A stretch of DNA of 63,927 nucleotides, filler included, from Lama guanicoe (GCA_013239625.1; 74 parts of 72 records of this genome joined end to end with filler, not necessarily neighbours in it); one strand, 5' to 3'; counted from the whole stretch's first letter, positions 50,251 through 63,483 are shown. The notes: generated by a model from the letters alone, not told the origin. Translations and numbers: made by a program.

Positions 50251-50845
50251 AATTGAAAAAGACACCTGCACCCCAATGTTCACAGTAGCACTATTTACAG
50301 TAGCCAAGAGATAGAAACAGCCTAAATGTCCATTGACAGATGACTGGATAAAGAAAAGGTGGTATATTCATACAATGGAATACTATTCAGCCATAAAAAT
50401 TACAACATAATGCCATTTGCAGGAACATGGGTGTCCCTGGGGGATGTCATTCTAAGTGAAGTAAGCCAGAAGAGAAAGAAAAATACCATATGATATCACT
50501 CATATGTGGAATCTAAAAAAAGAAAAGAAAGAGACAAATGAATATAAATACAAAACAGAAAGAGACTCATAGACATAGAATACAAACTTGTGGTTGCCAG
50601 TGGGGAGGGTGTTGGGAAGGGACAGACTGGGAGTTCAAAATTTGTAGATACTGAATGATATAGAATAGATAAACAAGATTATACTGTAGAGCACAGGGAA
50701 ATATATACAAGATCTTATGGTACCTCAGAATGAGAAAGAATGCAACAATGAATACATGTATGTTCATGTATAACTGAAAAATTGTGCCCTACACTAGAAA
50801 TTGACACAACAGTATAAACTATAACTCAATAAAATAAAAAATGTA
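50251..50845 (+). mobile_element. Young LINE-1 3' end
   Basis: Colinear with 29474-30050; ends caataaaataaaaaatgta. Confidence 0.93.
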
Positions 50846-51083
50846 NNNNNNNNNNNNNNNNNNNNNNNNNNNNNNNNNNNNNNNNNNNNTTAATTAATTA
50901 ANNNNNNNNNNNNNNNNNNNNNNNNNNNNNNNNNNNNNNNNNNNNAAAATCTCTTAAATATCCATGTCTATTCTTGAAATGTATACTATTTCATTCATAC
51001 TGTTTCCATGACCATAGATTAATACCTCGTACAGTTGGTCCTATTTTATACTTTTCGAGAATGTCCCTAATACTACAAATTCA

Positions 51084-51205
51084 AACATCCCTCCTCATTA
51101 TTTTATTTGTATATTTGTGTATATTTCTGGAAGAAATTTAGGATAACATCCCTCCTCATTATTTTATTTGTATATTTGTGTATATTTCTGGAAGAAATTT
51201 AGGAT
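51084..51205. repeat. Perfect 61-bp tandem duplication
   Basis: aacatccctcctcattattttatttgtatatttgtgtatatttctggaagaaatttaggat at 51084 and 51145. Confidence 0.93.
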
Positions 51206-53472
51206 TACCTTTCAGAATTTTTTCTTAAATACATTCGGGATTATTAACTAAATTTGCATTCAGATACTAAATTTATTTTGGAGAAAAAATGTTCTATGTC
51301 CCGCAAATTTGAGTCTGCCCACTGAAGAGGATGGTGCATTCTACTGTTAATTCAATCATCATTTTTTTCTTTTTTTAAGTCATTTATCAGAATCATTTTA
51401 ACATTTTTCATTAATTTATTTCTGAATAGTCTTTGCCTTTGTTGTCATTATAAATGATATCTTTTCTGGGTTTGAACAGGGATGATTGCTAATGAAGTCT
51501 TAATTTCTAGTTTCTCTTTAATAAGAAGGGGATCTGACAGTGTGGGGCCCACTTTCCAATATGGTGACTGTGAGCAGTGCATTTCATTAGGATGTCCACT
51601 TGCCAATTTGCCAGTGGCTGCACCCACTCCACATGTTTTCTGCTAGTTACCTGTCCCCTGTAGGCAGATGTGTTCATGTAGGGTTAGGTGGGTTGTGGAA
51701 ACAGATACTGACATCACTGCTGCCATGCTGCTGACACTGTGGCATCACTAACTCTGGTTATTTCTCTGTGACCTCCCTGAATATGACAGCTCCTTTTNNN
51801 NNNNNNNNNNNNNNNNNNNNNNNNNNNNNNNNNNNNNNNNNTTAATTAATTAANNNNNNNNNNNNNNNNNNNNNNNNNNNNNNNNNNNNNNNNNNNNTGC
51901 CGGGGCCGGGCCAGGTCCTATGTGGGCTGAAAACCACAGAAGGGATCGGGGATTTGACTTGCCTGTGAAGACTTTGCTGAAGCCACACTAAATCTTTGAG
52001 CCTTCTTTCCCCGTATCCCACTCGTCCCCACATCACAAATATAGGAATGCAGGTCTCCTGACTCTTCAGGAAGAGACCATATTTCTCTACTTTTGTGTTT
52101 TGAGACTTATCATCAGCTGTGCAAGTTCTCGGCTTAAATTAGTTGCAGAATTCATTAACAGTGCTTCATCCCTCAGAGAGCCCATATCATGGTGTATGTT
52201 GAAGATATGTATTAGTGATGTTTTTGCCTTCTGTCAGACCTTCTTTTCTCTGCAAGATACTCCTCCTTTCTAGGTCATGATTGGGAAATGACATGGGCTA
52301 TGAAATAAATGTGTATCCTAATTACCTAAAAGAACGTTACAATTTACTCAATCTGATTTTCCCAGGCATTGGAAATTCTTGGCTTGGCATCTTCCATTCT
52401 TCTGCAGAGACTCAACAAGAAAACAGACATACGCTTTCATCTTACCAATGACTGGAGATATAGGTTGTGGAAGGGTCGTCTACAGTGGCCTGTATCTAAT
52501 GAATGGTTCTGGTGGACATCCCCAGGGGTAGAAATCTTCCCATGGTGCTGGGATAGTTCTGGGGCCTCTTCTAGGCCCATAGTCCTGCAGAACAGAAGAT
52601 GCAGTTTTTAAATATATCAGTATTATTGGAAAAGAGAGAAACACCAACTGAAACAGGAATAGTCCCCAACACTTTCAAATGCACCAGGGTTCTAAAGAAC
52701 AGCATCAGTGCCAGAAATCTCTNNNNNNNNNNNNNNNNNNNNNNNNNNNNNNNNNNNNNNNNNNNNTTAATTAATTAANNNNNNNNNNNNNNNNNNNNNN
52801 NNNNNNNNNNNNNNNNNNNNNNGAAAGCAGGTAATTTCACTAACGTCTATATTTCTGTACTTATGTTTGTCAAATTACAAGTTTCATCATGTTGGGTTGT
52901 GACCAGTATTTTAAAAAAGAAAGTAAGGAAGGAAATAGAAAGTGGAAATATCAGAATATATGCCAGATATTAAATATGCTAAACTTTGGTTTTACTCACG
53001 TGTGTATCTGTACACTGTGTCAGTGGGAAATGTTTCTTGCTCTGTGGGCCACAGTCAAAGAGTCTGAAAATCAGTTTCTAAGTATATACCTGGANNNNNN
53101 NNNNNNNNNGTCTGGAACTCCTGAGGACAGGAAGAGGGCGTGTTCTGTCCTAGACCTCTGCTGAGGCACTGGGTGTGAGGCCGGTACCAGAGCAGTGCTG
53201 GTGACAGCTGTTGCAGCAGAAGGCGATCTGGAGCCAGAGGCAGAGGTGGCTCTGATGGCGGCTGGGCTGTCCTGATAGTCTGAGTGCCACGTGCCTCCTG
53301 GGAGGAGGTAGCACCCGACAGTTCCTAATCTGCTTGGAGAGAGGGGCGTGTCCACGTGTCCTAAAACCTGCCNNNNNNNNNNNNNNNNNNNNNNNNNNNN
53401 NNNNNNNNNNNNNNNNTTAATTAATTAANNNNNNNNNNNNNNNNNNNNNNNNNNNNNNNNNNNNNNNNNNNN

Positions 53473-54118
53473 TTCTACATTCCATATTCTGTGTTCTACA
53501 TTCTATATTCTAAATTCGTATTCAGTATTTTGTATTCTATATTCTAAATTCGGTGTTCTACATTCCATGTTCTTAATTCTGGGTTCTATATTTTCTATTC
53601 TATATTCTATAATTTGGGTTCATCATTCTATATTCTATATTCTATATTCTGCATTCCGTAGTCTATATTCTATATTCTGTGTCCTACATTCTATATTCTA
53701 AATTCTATATTAAGTATTCTGTNNNNNNNNNNNNNNNNNNNNNNNNNNNNNNNNNNNNNNNNNNNNNNNNNNNNNNNNNNNNNNNNNNNNNNNNNNNNNN
53801 NNNNNNNNNNNNNNNNNNNNNNNNNNNNNNNNNNNNNNNNNNNNNNNNNNNNNNNNNNNNTCTGTGTTCACTATATTTGAAATTCTATATTCAGTATTCT
53901 ATTTTCTATATTCTAAATTCTGTGTTCTTCATTCCATGTTCTCTATTGTGGGTTTTGTATTCTGTTTTCCATATTTTCTATTCTGTGTTCTATATTCTAT
54001 CTTCTGTATTCTATATTCTATATTCAGTGTTCTACATTGTATATACTAAATTTTATATTCAGTATTCTTTATTCTATATTCTAAATTCCTAGTTCTGCAT
54101 TCAATGTTCTAAATTCTG
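53473..54118. repeat. Satellite A (heptamer)
   Basis: 7-bp periodicity; shares rare variants with 2125-2330. Confidence 0.95.
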
Positions 54119-54403
54119 NNNNNNNNNNNNNNNNNNNNNNNNNNNNNNNNNNNNNNNNNNNNTTAATTAATTAANNNNNNNNNNNNNNNNNNNNNNNNNN
54201 NNNNNNNNNNNNNNNNNNTATGATGCTTTGTTGAAAAGACAGTTATAGGCAGAATATAAGTTGTGAATACTTTAAAGACAGTTCCATTACTGAAATTTCA
54301 GTAGGGAAGATTCTTTATCTTATTTAAGCCTCTCTTTTAAAGTAACAAAGAAACAAGACAGGAAAAGCAGAGGATGATTTCTGTTCTTCCTCTCGGCTTG
54401 CAG

Positions 54404-54498
54404 GTGCCCTCACCCACAGTGGCATCCATCCAGACACCAGCACTGACACTGGCCGTGCTGAGAACTGCCTCAGCCCTGAAGACACATCTGACAAATAG
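54404..54498 (+). CDS. Candidate terminal exon, gene not identified
   Basis: tttctgttcttcctctcggcttgcag acceptor, then (G)[33 protein letters not shown]; no recognised homology. Confidence 0.3.
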
Positions 54499-54794
54499 AA
54501 GGGGGCCACGCCCTGTTACAGCAGGTGCTCTCAGTTTGTGGGTCCTTATACTTATGTAACGGTGTTATTCAGGATCGCCCCTTCTACATTGTGTGACGCT
54601 GCTGTAGTGTCTCCTAGTTATTTGTTTTGGTAAGTACTCGTGCATGTTTATCAATNNNNNNNNNNNNNNNNNNNNNNNNNNNNNNNNNNNNNNNNNNNNT
54701 TAATTAATTAANNNNNNNNNNNNNNNNNNNNNNNNNNNNNNNNNNNNNNNNNNNNTCTCAAATGATGGCTTCACACAAAACAGCAGCTAAAGTT

Positions 54795-54945
54795 TTTGAG
54801 CCCTTTTGACATACCCACTGTGGTAAATACTATACATAATTTCTAATTCTCACAATTCTACAAAGTAGATACGAATGCCCCCATCTCACAGACGAGGGAA
54901 AATCTCAAAACGAACTGACTCAGGTTCACGTGGCTCAGTGGCAGC
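54795..54945 (-). mobile_element. MIR fragment
   Basis: ttctcacaattctacaaagtagatac...ccccatctcacagacgaggg...gtggcag resembles the MIR core. Confidence 0.6.
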
Positions 54946-55371
54946 GCGTGCACGCAAAACAAAGTCAAAAACTACACCCCTTCGTAAATGCACCAAATCT
55001 CCTACCACCAATTAACACACAGCGGCGGGGTCAATACTCAGGGAACTCAATACGCTTTTCAGCTTCAACGTGCCCCAGAGGCCGCTTCTAGCTGTGTTAT
55101 AAAATCCCGGCTCACTGGTTTCTAACACTGGAAGACAAGACGAATTTTACCATTGTTTGCAAAGCAAGTCTGAAATGTTCACAGTGACATGACAAAATAA
55201 AACTAAGATATTAGCAGAATAATTTTCCAGGTAGACAGATATAATGGACATTGGGCTATTCTGAAGCATTANNNNNNNNNNNNNNNNNNNNNNNNNNNNN
55301 NNNNNNNNNNNNNNNTTAATTAATTAANNNNNNNNNNNNNNNNNNNNNNNNNNNNNNNNNNNNNNNNNNNN

Positions 55372-55856
55372 CTCCATGTTAGATGTGTTCGTTTGGCTTT
55401 ATAAATGTACCCTGTTTGCTATCTCTGCAGCTTTTGTAAAATAAAGTTGCCTTTAGCCTGAAATATCCAGGAGGGCCTATTCTTGAAGGATGTTAGCTCT
55501 TCTACATTTATGTACAGATGGCAAATTGCAAAATAGAAAATAACCTTTGTTTTTTTGGAGGTTCTACGGGGGCACCATGATTTGACACATATGGACAGCT
55601 GCTAGAACAAAGGATTCCAAGGACAAACAATTCGTACAGCAAGAAGTTTGCAACAACTGACCACATTCCCGCCACTTTTTACTATAAGAGGAGACTGAAT
55701 TCTGACTTGGGGAAGAGAGTTCACCTGGGTATCAGTATGCCATCTTCTGGGTCTGCCAGCTTTTAAAATAAAGTCACTATTCCTTACTCCAACACCTCAT
55801 CTCCCGATTTATTGGCCTGTCAGGCAGCAAGCAGAACGAGTTTGGACTTGGTAACA
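55372..55856 (+). mobile_element. ERV1-like LTR, 3' end intact
   Basis: TATA-like ctataag (~55682), AATAAA (~55767), ends gagtttggacttggtaaCA with no PBS following (solo or 3' LTR). Related to 27960-28409. Confidence 0.78.
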
Positions 55857-56475
55857 AAATGAATGCACTGGAGGTAGTATGTCTCCACTTTTTCCTCATT
55901 TCCAGTATGTCACAGCCTATCAATTTNNNNNNNNNNNNNNNNNNNNNNNNNNNNNNNNNNNNNNNNNNNNNNNNNNNNNNNNNNNNNNNNNNNNNNNNNN
56001 NNNNNNNNNNNNNNNNNNNNNNNNNNNNNNNNNNNNNNNNNNNNNNNNNNNNNNNNNNNNNNNNNNNNNNNNNNNNNNNNNNNNNNNNNNNNNNNNNNNN
56101 NNNNNNNNNNNNNNNNNNNNNNNNNNNNNNNNNNNNNNNNNGCATAAAGATCACAATCAATGCAGATTAGGAAATGAGTGGATATTTACTAAAAATCCAC
56201 TGCACATCCAGTCTTTTACAAGCATATTCTGGAATATAAGCTCTATTATCCAGGGGTCCCCCACCCCCATTCTCACTGCCGAGTCCCTTAGTAACCAACT
56301 ACCAAGGCACCAGCATAGAACCACATGATCACTATTTTAGGTATACATGAGGGAATTAGCTCATTCAATTCTAAANNNNNNNNNNNNNNNNNNNNNNNNN
56401 NNNNNNNNNNNNNNNNNNNTTAATTAATTAANNNNNNNNNNNNNNNNNNNNNNNNNNNNNNNNNNNNNNNNNNNN

Positions 56476-56594
56476 ATTCTCTTTCCCTTCCACTTTGGTA
56501 AATATAAATTCTTCCCATATCTTACAGTCTGCTTAAGTCTTGCCTATCTAATCTCTTTACCTCTCCATCATGTCTCTATCTATCTCTCTATAGC

Positions 56595-56635
<41 letters not shown>

Positions 56636-57100
56636 TTATCATTTATCTATATATCTATCTATCATGTATGTATATATCTATACTTCTAACTATTTATCTG
56701 TCATATATCAATAAATAGCTATAGATAGATGTACACAGATATNNNNNNNNNNNNNNNNNNNNNACAGATAAATTAAATTATATACTTTTGTCTTTGTCTA
56801 AGTTAATTCACTAAGCACAATATTTACTAAGTCCTTTCATGCTGAAATAGCAATGTGTTATATTTTTTCATGACTGGGTATTATTCCATCGTGTATTTAT
56901 AGAAACATCATATCTTCTTAAGTCCATAGTCTACAGTGCACTTTTGGATTGCTTCCCTGTCTTGCATATTATAAACAGTGCAGTTGTGAACATTGGTTCT
57001 TCTCAATTTAAGGGGATTTCCCCAGATTTTTCCAGGAGAGTTATTACTGGGTCATATGGTAGTAAACATTTTAGTTTTTACACAAATCTGAATACTGTTT
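56476..57100 (-). mobile_element. Old L1 3' end containing a (TCTA)n microsatellite (56573-56665)
   Basis: ttactgggtcatatggtagt and ttattccatcgtgtat are L1 antisense motifs; paralogous to 57201-57669. Confidence 0.8.
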
Positions 57101-57200
57101 NNNNNNNNNNNNNNNNNNNNNNNNNNNNNNNNNNNNNNNNNNNNTTAATTAATTAANNNNNNNNNNNNNNNNNNNNNNNNNNNNNNNNNNNNNNNNNNNN

Positions 57201-57669
57201 TTCTATAAATATGCAATTGAATATTACTCAGCCATGAAAAAGTATAACAAATTGCAATTTCAGGATCATGAATGGGCTTAGTAAATATTATGCTTAGTGA
57301 AGTGATTTACACAAAGACAAAATTATATAATATAATTTATATGTGGAATATAAAGACTAACAAATATCTGTGTACATCTATCTATAGCTATCTACTGATA
57401 GATGACAGAAGAAGGATAGATACATATATTCATGATAGATAGATAGATGGATAGATAGATAGTTAGAGAGATAGATAGGTAGATAGAGACATAATGGAGG
57501 GGTAAGGAGATTAGATAGACAAGACTTTAGCCTTCTCAAAGATATGGGAAAATATTTATGTTTACCAAAAAGGAAGGGAAAGAAAATTTTTTGGTAGGAC
57601 ATTGAGAGATAAAATGTAGTATACATAAAGGAGAGAAGCAACAAGGATAAACTTTATAGATCAGGAAAT
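57201..57669 (+). mobile_element. Old L1 3' end with (GATA)n, paralog of 56476-57100
   Basis: cttagtaaatatt(a/g)tgcttagtgaa, tgtgtacatctatctatagcta and gagattagatag are shared with the reverse complement of 56476-56905. Confidence 0.8.
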
Positions 57670-57769
57670 NNNNNNNNNNNNNNNNNNNNNNNNNNNNNNN
57701 NNNNNNNNNNNNNTTAATTAATTAANNNNNNNNNNNNNNNNNNNNNNNNNNNNNNNNNNNNNNNNNNNN

Positions 57770-58547
57770 CCGTTGGTGGAACCTACCCACGCTCACGATT
57801 CTGGAACCATTGTCAGTGAGCGGGGGAGCTCGAGAGACAACTCCACGCATCCATCTTCAGTCACAGGTGTTCCCTGTTCGGGGAAGTCCGAGAAATAACT
57901 TCCCAGAACTTGGGGAGGCAGCCTATGACATTGAGATTTCCTGCAAAATCCGGTAGCATTCCCTGGCACTGAGACATAATGAAAACCCTCAGGGGAACCG
58001 AGGGTTGGCATTCCGTTAGAACCCACGCGCTGCCGACCGTTGGTGGAACCTACCCACGCTCACGATTCTGGAACCATTGTCAGTGAGCGGGGGAGCTCGA
58101 GAGACAACTCCACGCATCCATCTTCAGTCACAGGTGTTCCCTGTTCGGGGAAGTCCGAGAAATACATTCCCTGACCTTGGGGAGGCAGCCTATGACATTG
58201 AGATTTCCTGCAAAATCCGGTAGCATTCCCTGGCACTGAGACATAATGAAAACCCTCAGGGGAACCGAGGGTTGGCATTCCGTTAGAACCCACGCGCTGC
58301 CGACCGNNNNNNNNNNNNNNNNNNNNNNNNNCATTGTCAGTGCGTGGGGGAGCTCGTGAGACAACTCCACTCAGCTCTCTTCAGTCACAGGTGTTCCCTG
58401 TTAGGGGGAATTGTGAGAAATACCTTCCCTGAACTTGGAGATGCAGCCTCTGTCACTGGGATTGCCTGCAAACACCCCTAGCATTTTCTGGCACAGACAC
58501 ATTTGGAAAAAACCCAGGAGAGACGAGCTTAGGCATTCCGGTAGAAC
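57770..58547 (+). repeat. Satellite B array, 267-bp period
   Basis: Landmark cgttggtggaacctac at 57771 and 58038; next unit begins at 58305. Confidence 0.97.
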
Positions 58548-58647
58548 NNNNNNNNNNNNNNNNNNNNNNNNNNNNNNNNNNNNNNNNNNNNTTAATTAAT
58601 TAANNNNNNNNNNNNNNNNNNNNNNNNNNNNNNNNNNNNNNNNNNNN

Positions 58648-59449
58648 AGAATATAGAATATAGAGTATAGAATATAGAACCCAGAATTTAGAACATTGAA
58701 TGCAGAACACAATATAAAGAATATAGAATACAGAATACTGAATATAGAATTTAGAATATAGAATGTAGAACACAGAGTATAGAATATAGAATACGTAATG
58801 CAGAATATTGAGTACAGAATATAGAATTTAGAACACAGAATATAGAATATGGAAAACAGAATATAGAACCCAGGATTTAGAACATGGAATGCATAACACA
58901 GAATTTAGAATATTGAATACAGACTACTGAATATAGAATTAGAATTTAGAATGAACAAAATTTAGAATATAGAATACCGAATACTGAATATAGAATATGA
59001 ATATACAATATAGAAAACAGAATTTAGAATATAGAATACAAAATACTGGATACAGAATTTAGAATATACAATGAAGAAAACAGAATAAAGGATAGAGAAT
59101 ACGGAAAGCAGAATATAGAATACAGAATATAGAATGTAGAACACAGAATATAGAATATGGAAAACAGAATACNNNNNNNNNNNNNNNNNNNNNNNNNNNN
59201 NNNNNNNNNNNNNNNNNNNNNNNNNNNNNNNNNNNNNNNNNNNNAATTTAGAATATAGAATGTTGAACACAGAATTTAAAATATAGAAAACAGAATACTG
59301 AATATAGAATTTAGAATATAGAATGTAGGACACAGAATATAGAATATAGACTACGGAATGCAGAATATATGATATAGAATATAGAATGATGAATCCAAAG
59401 TTTAGAATATAGAATAGAAAATATAGAACCCAGAATTAAGAACATGGAA
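58648..59449. repeat. Satellite A (heptamer)
   Basis: 7-bp periodicity. Confidence 0.95.
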
Positions 59450-61005
59450 NNNNNNNNNNNNNNNNNNNNNNNNNNNNNNNNNNNNNNNNNNNNTTAATTA
59501 ATTAANNNNNNNNNNNNNNNNNNNNNNNNNNNNNNNNNNNNNNNNNNNNAAATTCTCTTCTAACATTCACGATTTATTTTGACCTTAAAAGCAAAGAACA
59601 GGCACTTTTTAGACACTCTGTCTGTACTTTGTCTTCTAGTTGCCTTTGGTCCTTTATATTAATCTATCCATTAAAACAATGAAACCACATGGAAGGTTGA
59701 CAGCTACATTCTCCATGACATGTAACATTATAAAAACTTCAGTCACCAGCTCTGTGCTGTTGACACACACTGAGTGTTTGCAGACCGTAGATACCACATT
59801 CTGCAGGAGTGTGTTATAGCACTGGGNNNNNNNNNNNNNNNNNNNNNNNNNNNNNNNNNTGACTTTATTAAGAGAAAACTTACCAGTCACTAATAAGTGA
59901 CACTGAACACTTTGGAGCAATGGGATAGAAATTGTGATTTCAGGACAACTCTTAGACGCATGATCTAATAAGTCCAGTTCTGCTTGTGGAGGGAACAGGA
60001 CTGAAAAGCCTGAAACTCTTCAAAATCTGATAAATAAGACTCAATGTAAGATTTCAAAAGAAACACGATTTTTTTCTTGTTATAACTTTACAAAACCCAA
60101 GCAACTGAATAGATTCTGAAAGTCAGAAGGACTGTTTTTTAAATCACATGATGCTAAAGAAACTATTTATTGAGAACCCTAAGTAGAGATCTAGAATCAA
60201 GTAAGGAAGGAAGAGATTTGTTAATTATTGGGGATAAGATGCCTTTCACCACGAAGGCAAAGGTCTGTGAGTTTTTCAAAAGAGTCATTAGATTCTGGAT
60301 GGAGAAAAGTAAGTGTAAGCTAAATAAATGGCCAGGAAGTAGACTGCAAGAAGAGTTCAGACGCTAGACTACATTCTACTTCAAACAGGCTGGCAAGATN
60401 NNNNNNNNNNNNNNNNNNNNNNNNNNNNNNNNNNNNNNNNNNNNNNNNNNNNNNNNNNNNNNNNNNNNNNNNNNNNNNNNNNNNNNNNNNNNNNNNNNNN
60501 NNNNNNNNNNNNNNNNNNNNNNNNNNNNNNNNNNNNNNNNNNNNNNNNNNNNNNNNNNNNNNNNNNNNNNNNNNNNNNNNNNNNNNNNNNNNNNNNNNNN
60601 NNNNNNNNNNNNNNNNNNNNNNNNNNNNNNNNNNNNNNNNNNNNNNNNNNNNNNNNNNNNNNNNNNNNNNNNNNNNNNNNNNNNNNNNNNNNNNNNNNNN
60701 NNNNNNNNNNNNNNNNNNNNNNNNNNNNNNNNNNNNNNNNNNNNNNNNNNNNNNNNNNNNNNNNNNNNNNNNNNNNNNNNNNNNNNNNNNNNNNNNNNNN
60801 NNNNNNNNNNNNNNNNNNNNNNNNNNNNNNNNNNNTGATTCAATTTGGCTTTTCTTTGGGACTTAAATTAGCCTCATTCCTACATTATTCTACTCACTAC
60901 TTCAGNNNNNNNNNNNNNNNNNNNNNNNNNNNNNNNNNNNNNNNNNNNNTTAATTAATTAANNNNNNNNNNNNNNNNNNNNNNNNNNNNNNNNNNNNNNN
61001 NNNNN

Positions 61006-61966
61006 CTTTATTCTATATTCTGTGTTCTACATTATATATTCAAAATTCTATATTAAATATTCCATATTCTTTATTCTAAATTCTATGTTCTGCATTCCAT
61101 GTTCTAAATTCTGGGTTCTATATTCTCTATTCTAAATTCTGTATTCTGTGTTCTACATTCTATATTCAAAATACTATATTCAGCATTCTGTATTCTATAT
61201 TCTAAATTCTTTGTTCTAAATTCCATGTTCTAAATTCTGGATTCAATATTCTCTATTTTATATTCTGTGTTCTACATTCTATATTCTAAATTCTATATTC
61301 AGTATTCTGAATATTTTAAATGTTCTACCTTCTATATTCTAAATTCTATATTCAGTATTCTGTACTCTATATTCTAAATTCTGTGTTCTGAATTCCATGT
61401 TCTAAATTCTGGGTTCTATATTCTCTATTCTATATTTTATATTGTGTGTTCTTCATTCTATATTCTACATATTTTATTTTGCATTCCTTATTCTATATTC
61501 TATATTCTGTGTTCTACATTCTATATTCTAAATTCTTTATTCAGTATTCCGTATTCTATATTCTATACTCTGTGTTCTACATTCTATATTCTACAACCTA
61601 TATTCAGTATTCTGTATTCTATATTCTAAATTCTGTGTTCTGCATTCCATGTTCTAAATTCTGGGATGTATAATCTATATTCTATTTTCTATATTCTGTG
61701 TTCTAAACTCTATATTCTAAATACTATATTCAGCTTTCTGTATTCTATATTATAAATTCTGTGTTCTACATTCTAAATTCTAAATTCTATAATATTCTGT
61801 ATTCTATATTCTAAATTCTGTGTTCTGCATTTCATTTCTAAATTCTGTGTTCTATATTCTTTTATTTATTCTATATTTTGTGTTCTTCATTTTTATTCTA
61901 CATTCTATATTCTGCAGTCAGTATTCTATATTCTATATTCTGTGTTCTACATTCTATATTCTAAAT
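61006..61966. repeat. Satellite A (heptamer) with ~126-bp higher-order units
   Basis: ttccatgttctaaattctgg at 61095, 61221, 61393 and 61645 (126, 172, 252 bp). Confidence 0.95.
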
Positions 61967-63084
61967 NNNNNNNNNNNNNNNNNNNNNNNNNNNNNNNNNN
62001 NNNNNNNNNNTTAATTAATTAANNNNNNNNNNNNNNNNNNNNNNNNNNNNNNNNNNNNNNNNNNNNGGAGCTCTGGCCTTTCTTGTGCTCAGCGTTCTTC
62101 CTGGCAGAGGGGCAGCCTGAGGAGTTCTCCGCATTGCTCCGTCCTTCACCTTCATCAACGGGGGAGCCCTGGTGGGTGGAGACTCTCCTCCAGCATGAAG
62201 GCTAAGGAAGTAACTGCCAGGCGATCCCCCCACTTGCATCGGCTTTGATTCCACTGAGCCGAATGTCATCCTGCTCAAAGAGACCATATGAGCAGCTTGA
62301 GGTTCAATAAAGTGCAACACATTTTTTCTCCAGCACTTTGCCCTTAGTCTTTGTGACCAAACAGCCAAAGTAAAACTCATTTGTGGAACTGGGTAAAACA
62401 GAGAAATGAGGACACAGAGCGTGGTTGGCCAGGCCAAGTCCCTCACCAACCACAGTTTGAGTTTGAGGCTCTTGTGGATGAAGCAGGGATACCAGGAGGC
62501 ACAGACAGTCTATATGGTGTGGAGACTGTGATGAGAGTGGGTCGTGGGTGTGACCAGGAAGAAGAGCAGAAAAGCTTGGGAATGGACTAGAGACAAACTA
62601 GGAGCTTCTACACCTCCCACTCCTAATTCCTTCCACACTGGAATTGAACACTGACTCATCCCGACCCTTTTTCATGCAAGCTGCTCTGTCCACTTCTGGT
62701 ATTTACAGGGACAGATGTTATGTCCAGGAGTGGTAATGCAGTTAACCAGGAGTGTAAACTGGAGGGTGAAGTTTGGAGAAGAAAATGAGTTTTGCATTAT
62801 NNNNNNNNNNNNNNNNNNNNNNNNNNNNNNNNNNNNNNNNNNNNTTAATTAATTAANNNNNNNNNNNNNNNNNNNNNNNNNNNNNNNNNNNNNNNNNNNN
62901 CTCCAGAAAAAGAAAAAAAAATTCAGAAAACAGAAGAGGATCAGGCCACGCTGTCAGGGTGCCTGTACTGTGCCGGATCAGAGCTTTTTACCCTGTCAGT
63001 CGATGCAGATGCTGCAGGTGTCCTGCCCACAGCCCATACCCTTACTTCTTCAGAGCACTCTGGCCTGAATTCCAGCCATTTGCA

Positions 63085-63383
63085 TTTTTGCCTGAGGATT
63101 TTCTTTGACCCCTTGGACCTTCTCTGCCTGCAGTGTGACTGGCCTGAGGTATCAAATTCATGTACCCCAGGAACAGCCCTTCACCAGGGAGGGGTTATGA
63201 GTTGTTGTATAATCACCCCACTCTCTCCTAATAGGTGGGTTCACTGAGTGATGCATTAAAACTGGCCGCAGGTTGGCGCTCCAGTGCAGCTCGCCAGGAG
63301 AGATCTTTGCCCGCTACCTTCCCTTCCCTGTCTCACGTCCCCACTCCCCTACACTTGTTCCCTAGGATCCCCTCCAAAATAAA
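63085..63383 (+). mobile_element. LTR16-like (ERVL) LTR fragment
   Basis: ccccaggaacagccct...ccttcccttccctgtctcacgtccccactcccctac...cctccaaaataaa, recalled as LTR16-like. Confidence 0.6.
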
Positions 63384-63483
63384 NNNNNNNNNNNNNNNNN
63401 NNNNNNNNNNNNNNNNNNNNNNNNNNNTTAATTAATTAANNNNNNNNNNNNNNNNNNNNNNNNNNNNNNNNNNNNNNNNNNNN

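Noticed and set aside
57876..57892. CENP-B-box-like gttcggggaagtccgag in satellite B
   Set aside because: Only 7 of 9 essential positions of NTTCGNNNNANNCGGGN match (CCGA instead of CGGG), and many monomers have ttag instead of ttcg.
62015..62449. 144-aa minus-strand ORF
   Set aside because: No recognisable domain, runs into the linker, and non-ATG start.
981..63439. Regularly recurring palindromic TTAATTAATTAA resembling a CRISPR repeat or recombination-site array
   Set aside because: Always embedded in fixed N padding, so it is a synthetic linker. The 'spacers' are 0.4-2 kb mammalian contigs and there are no cas genes.
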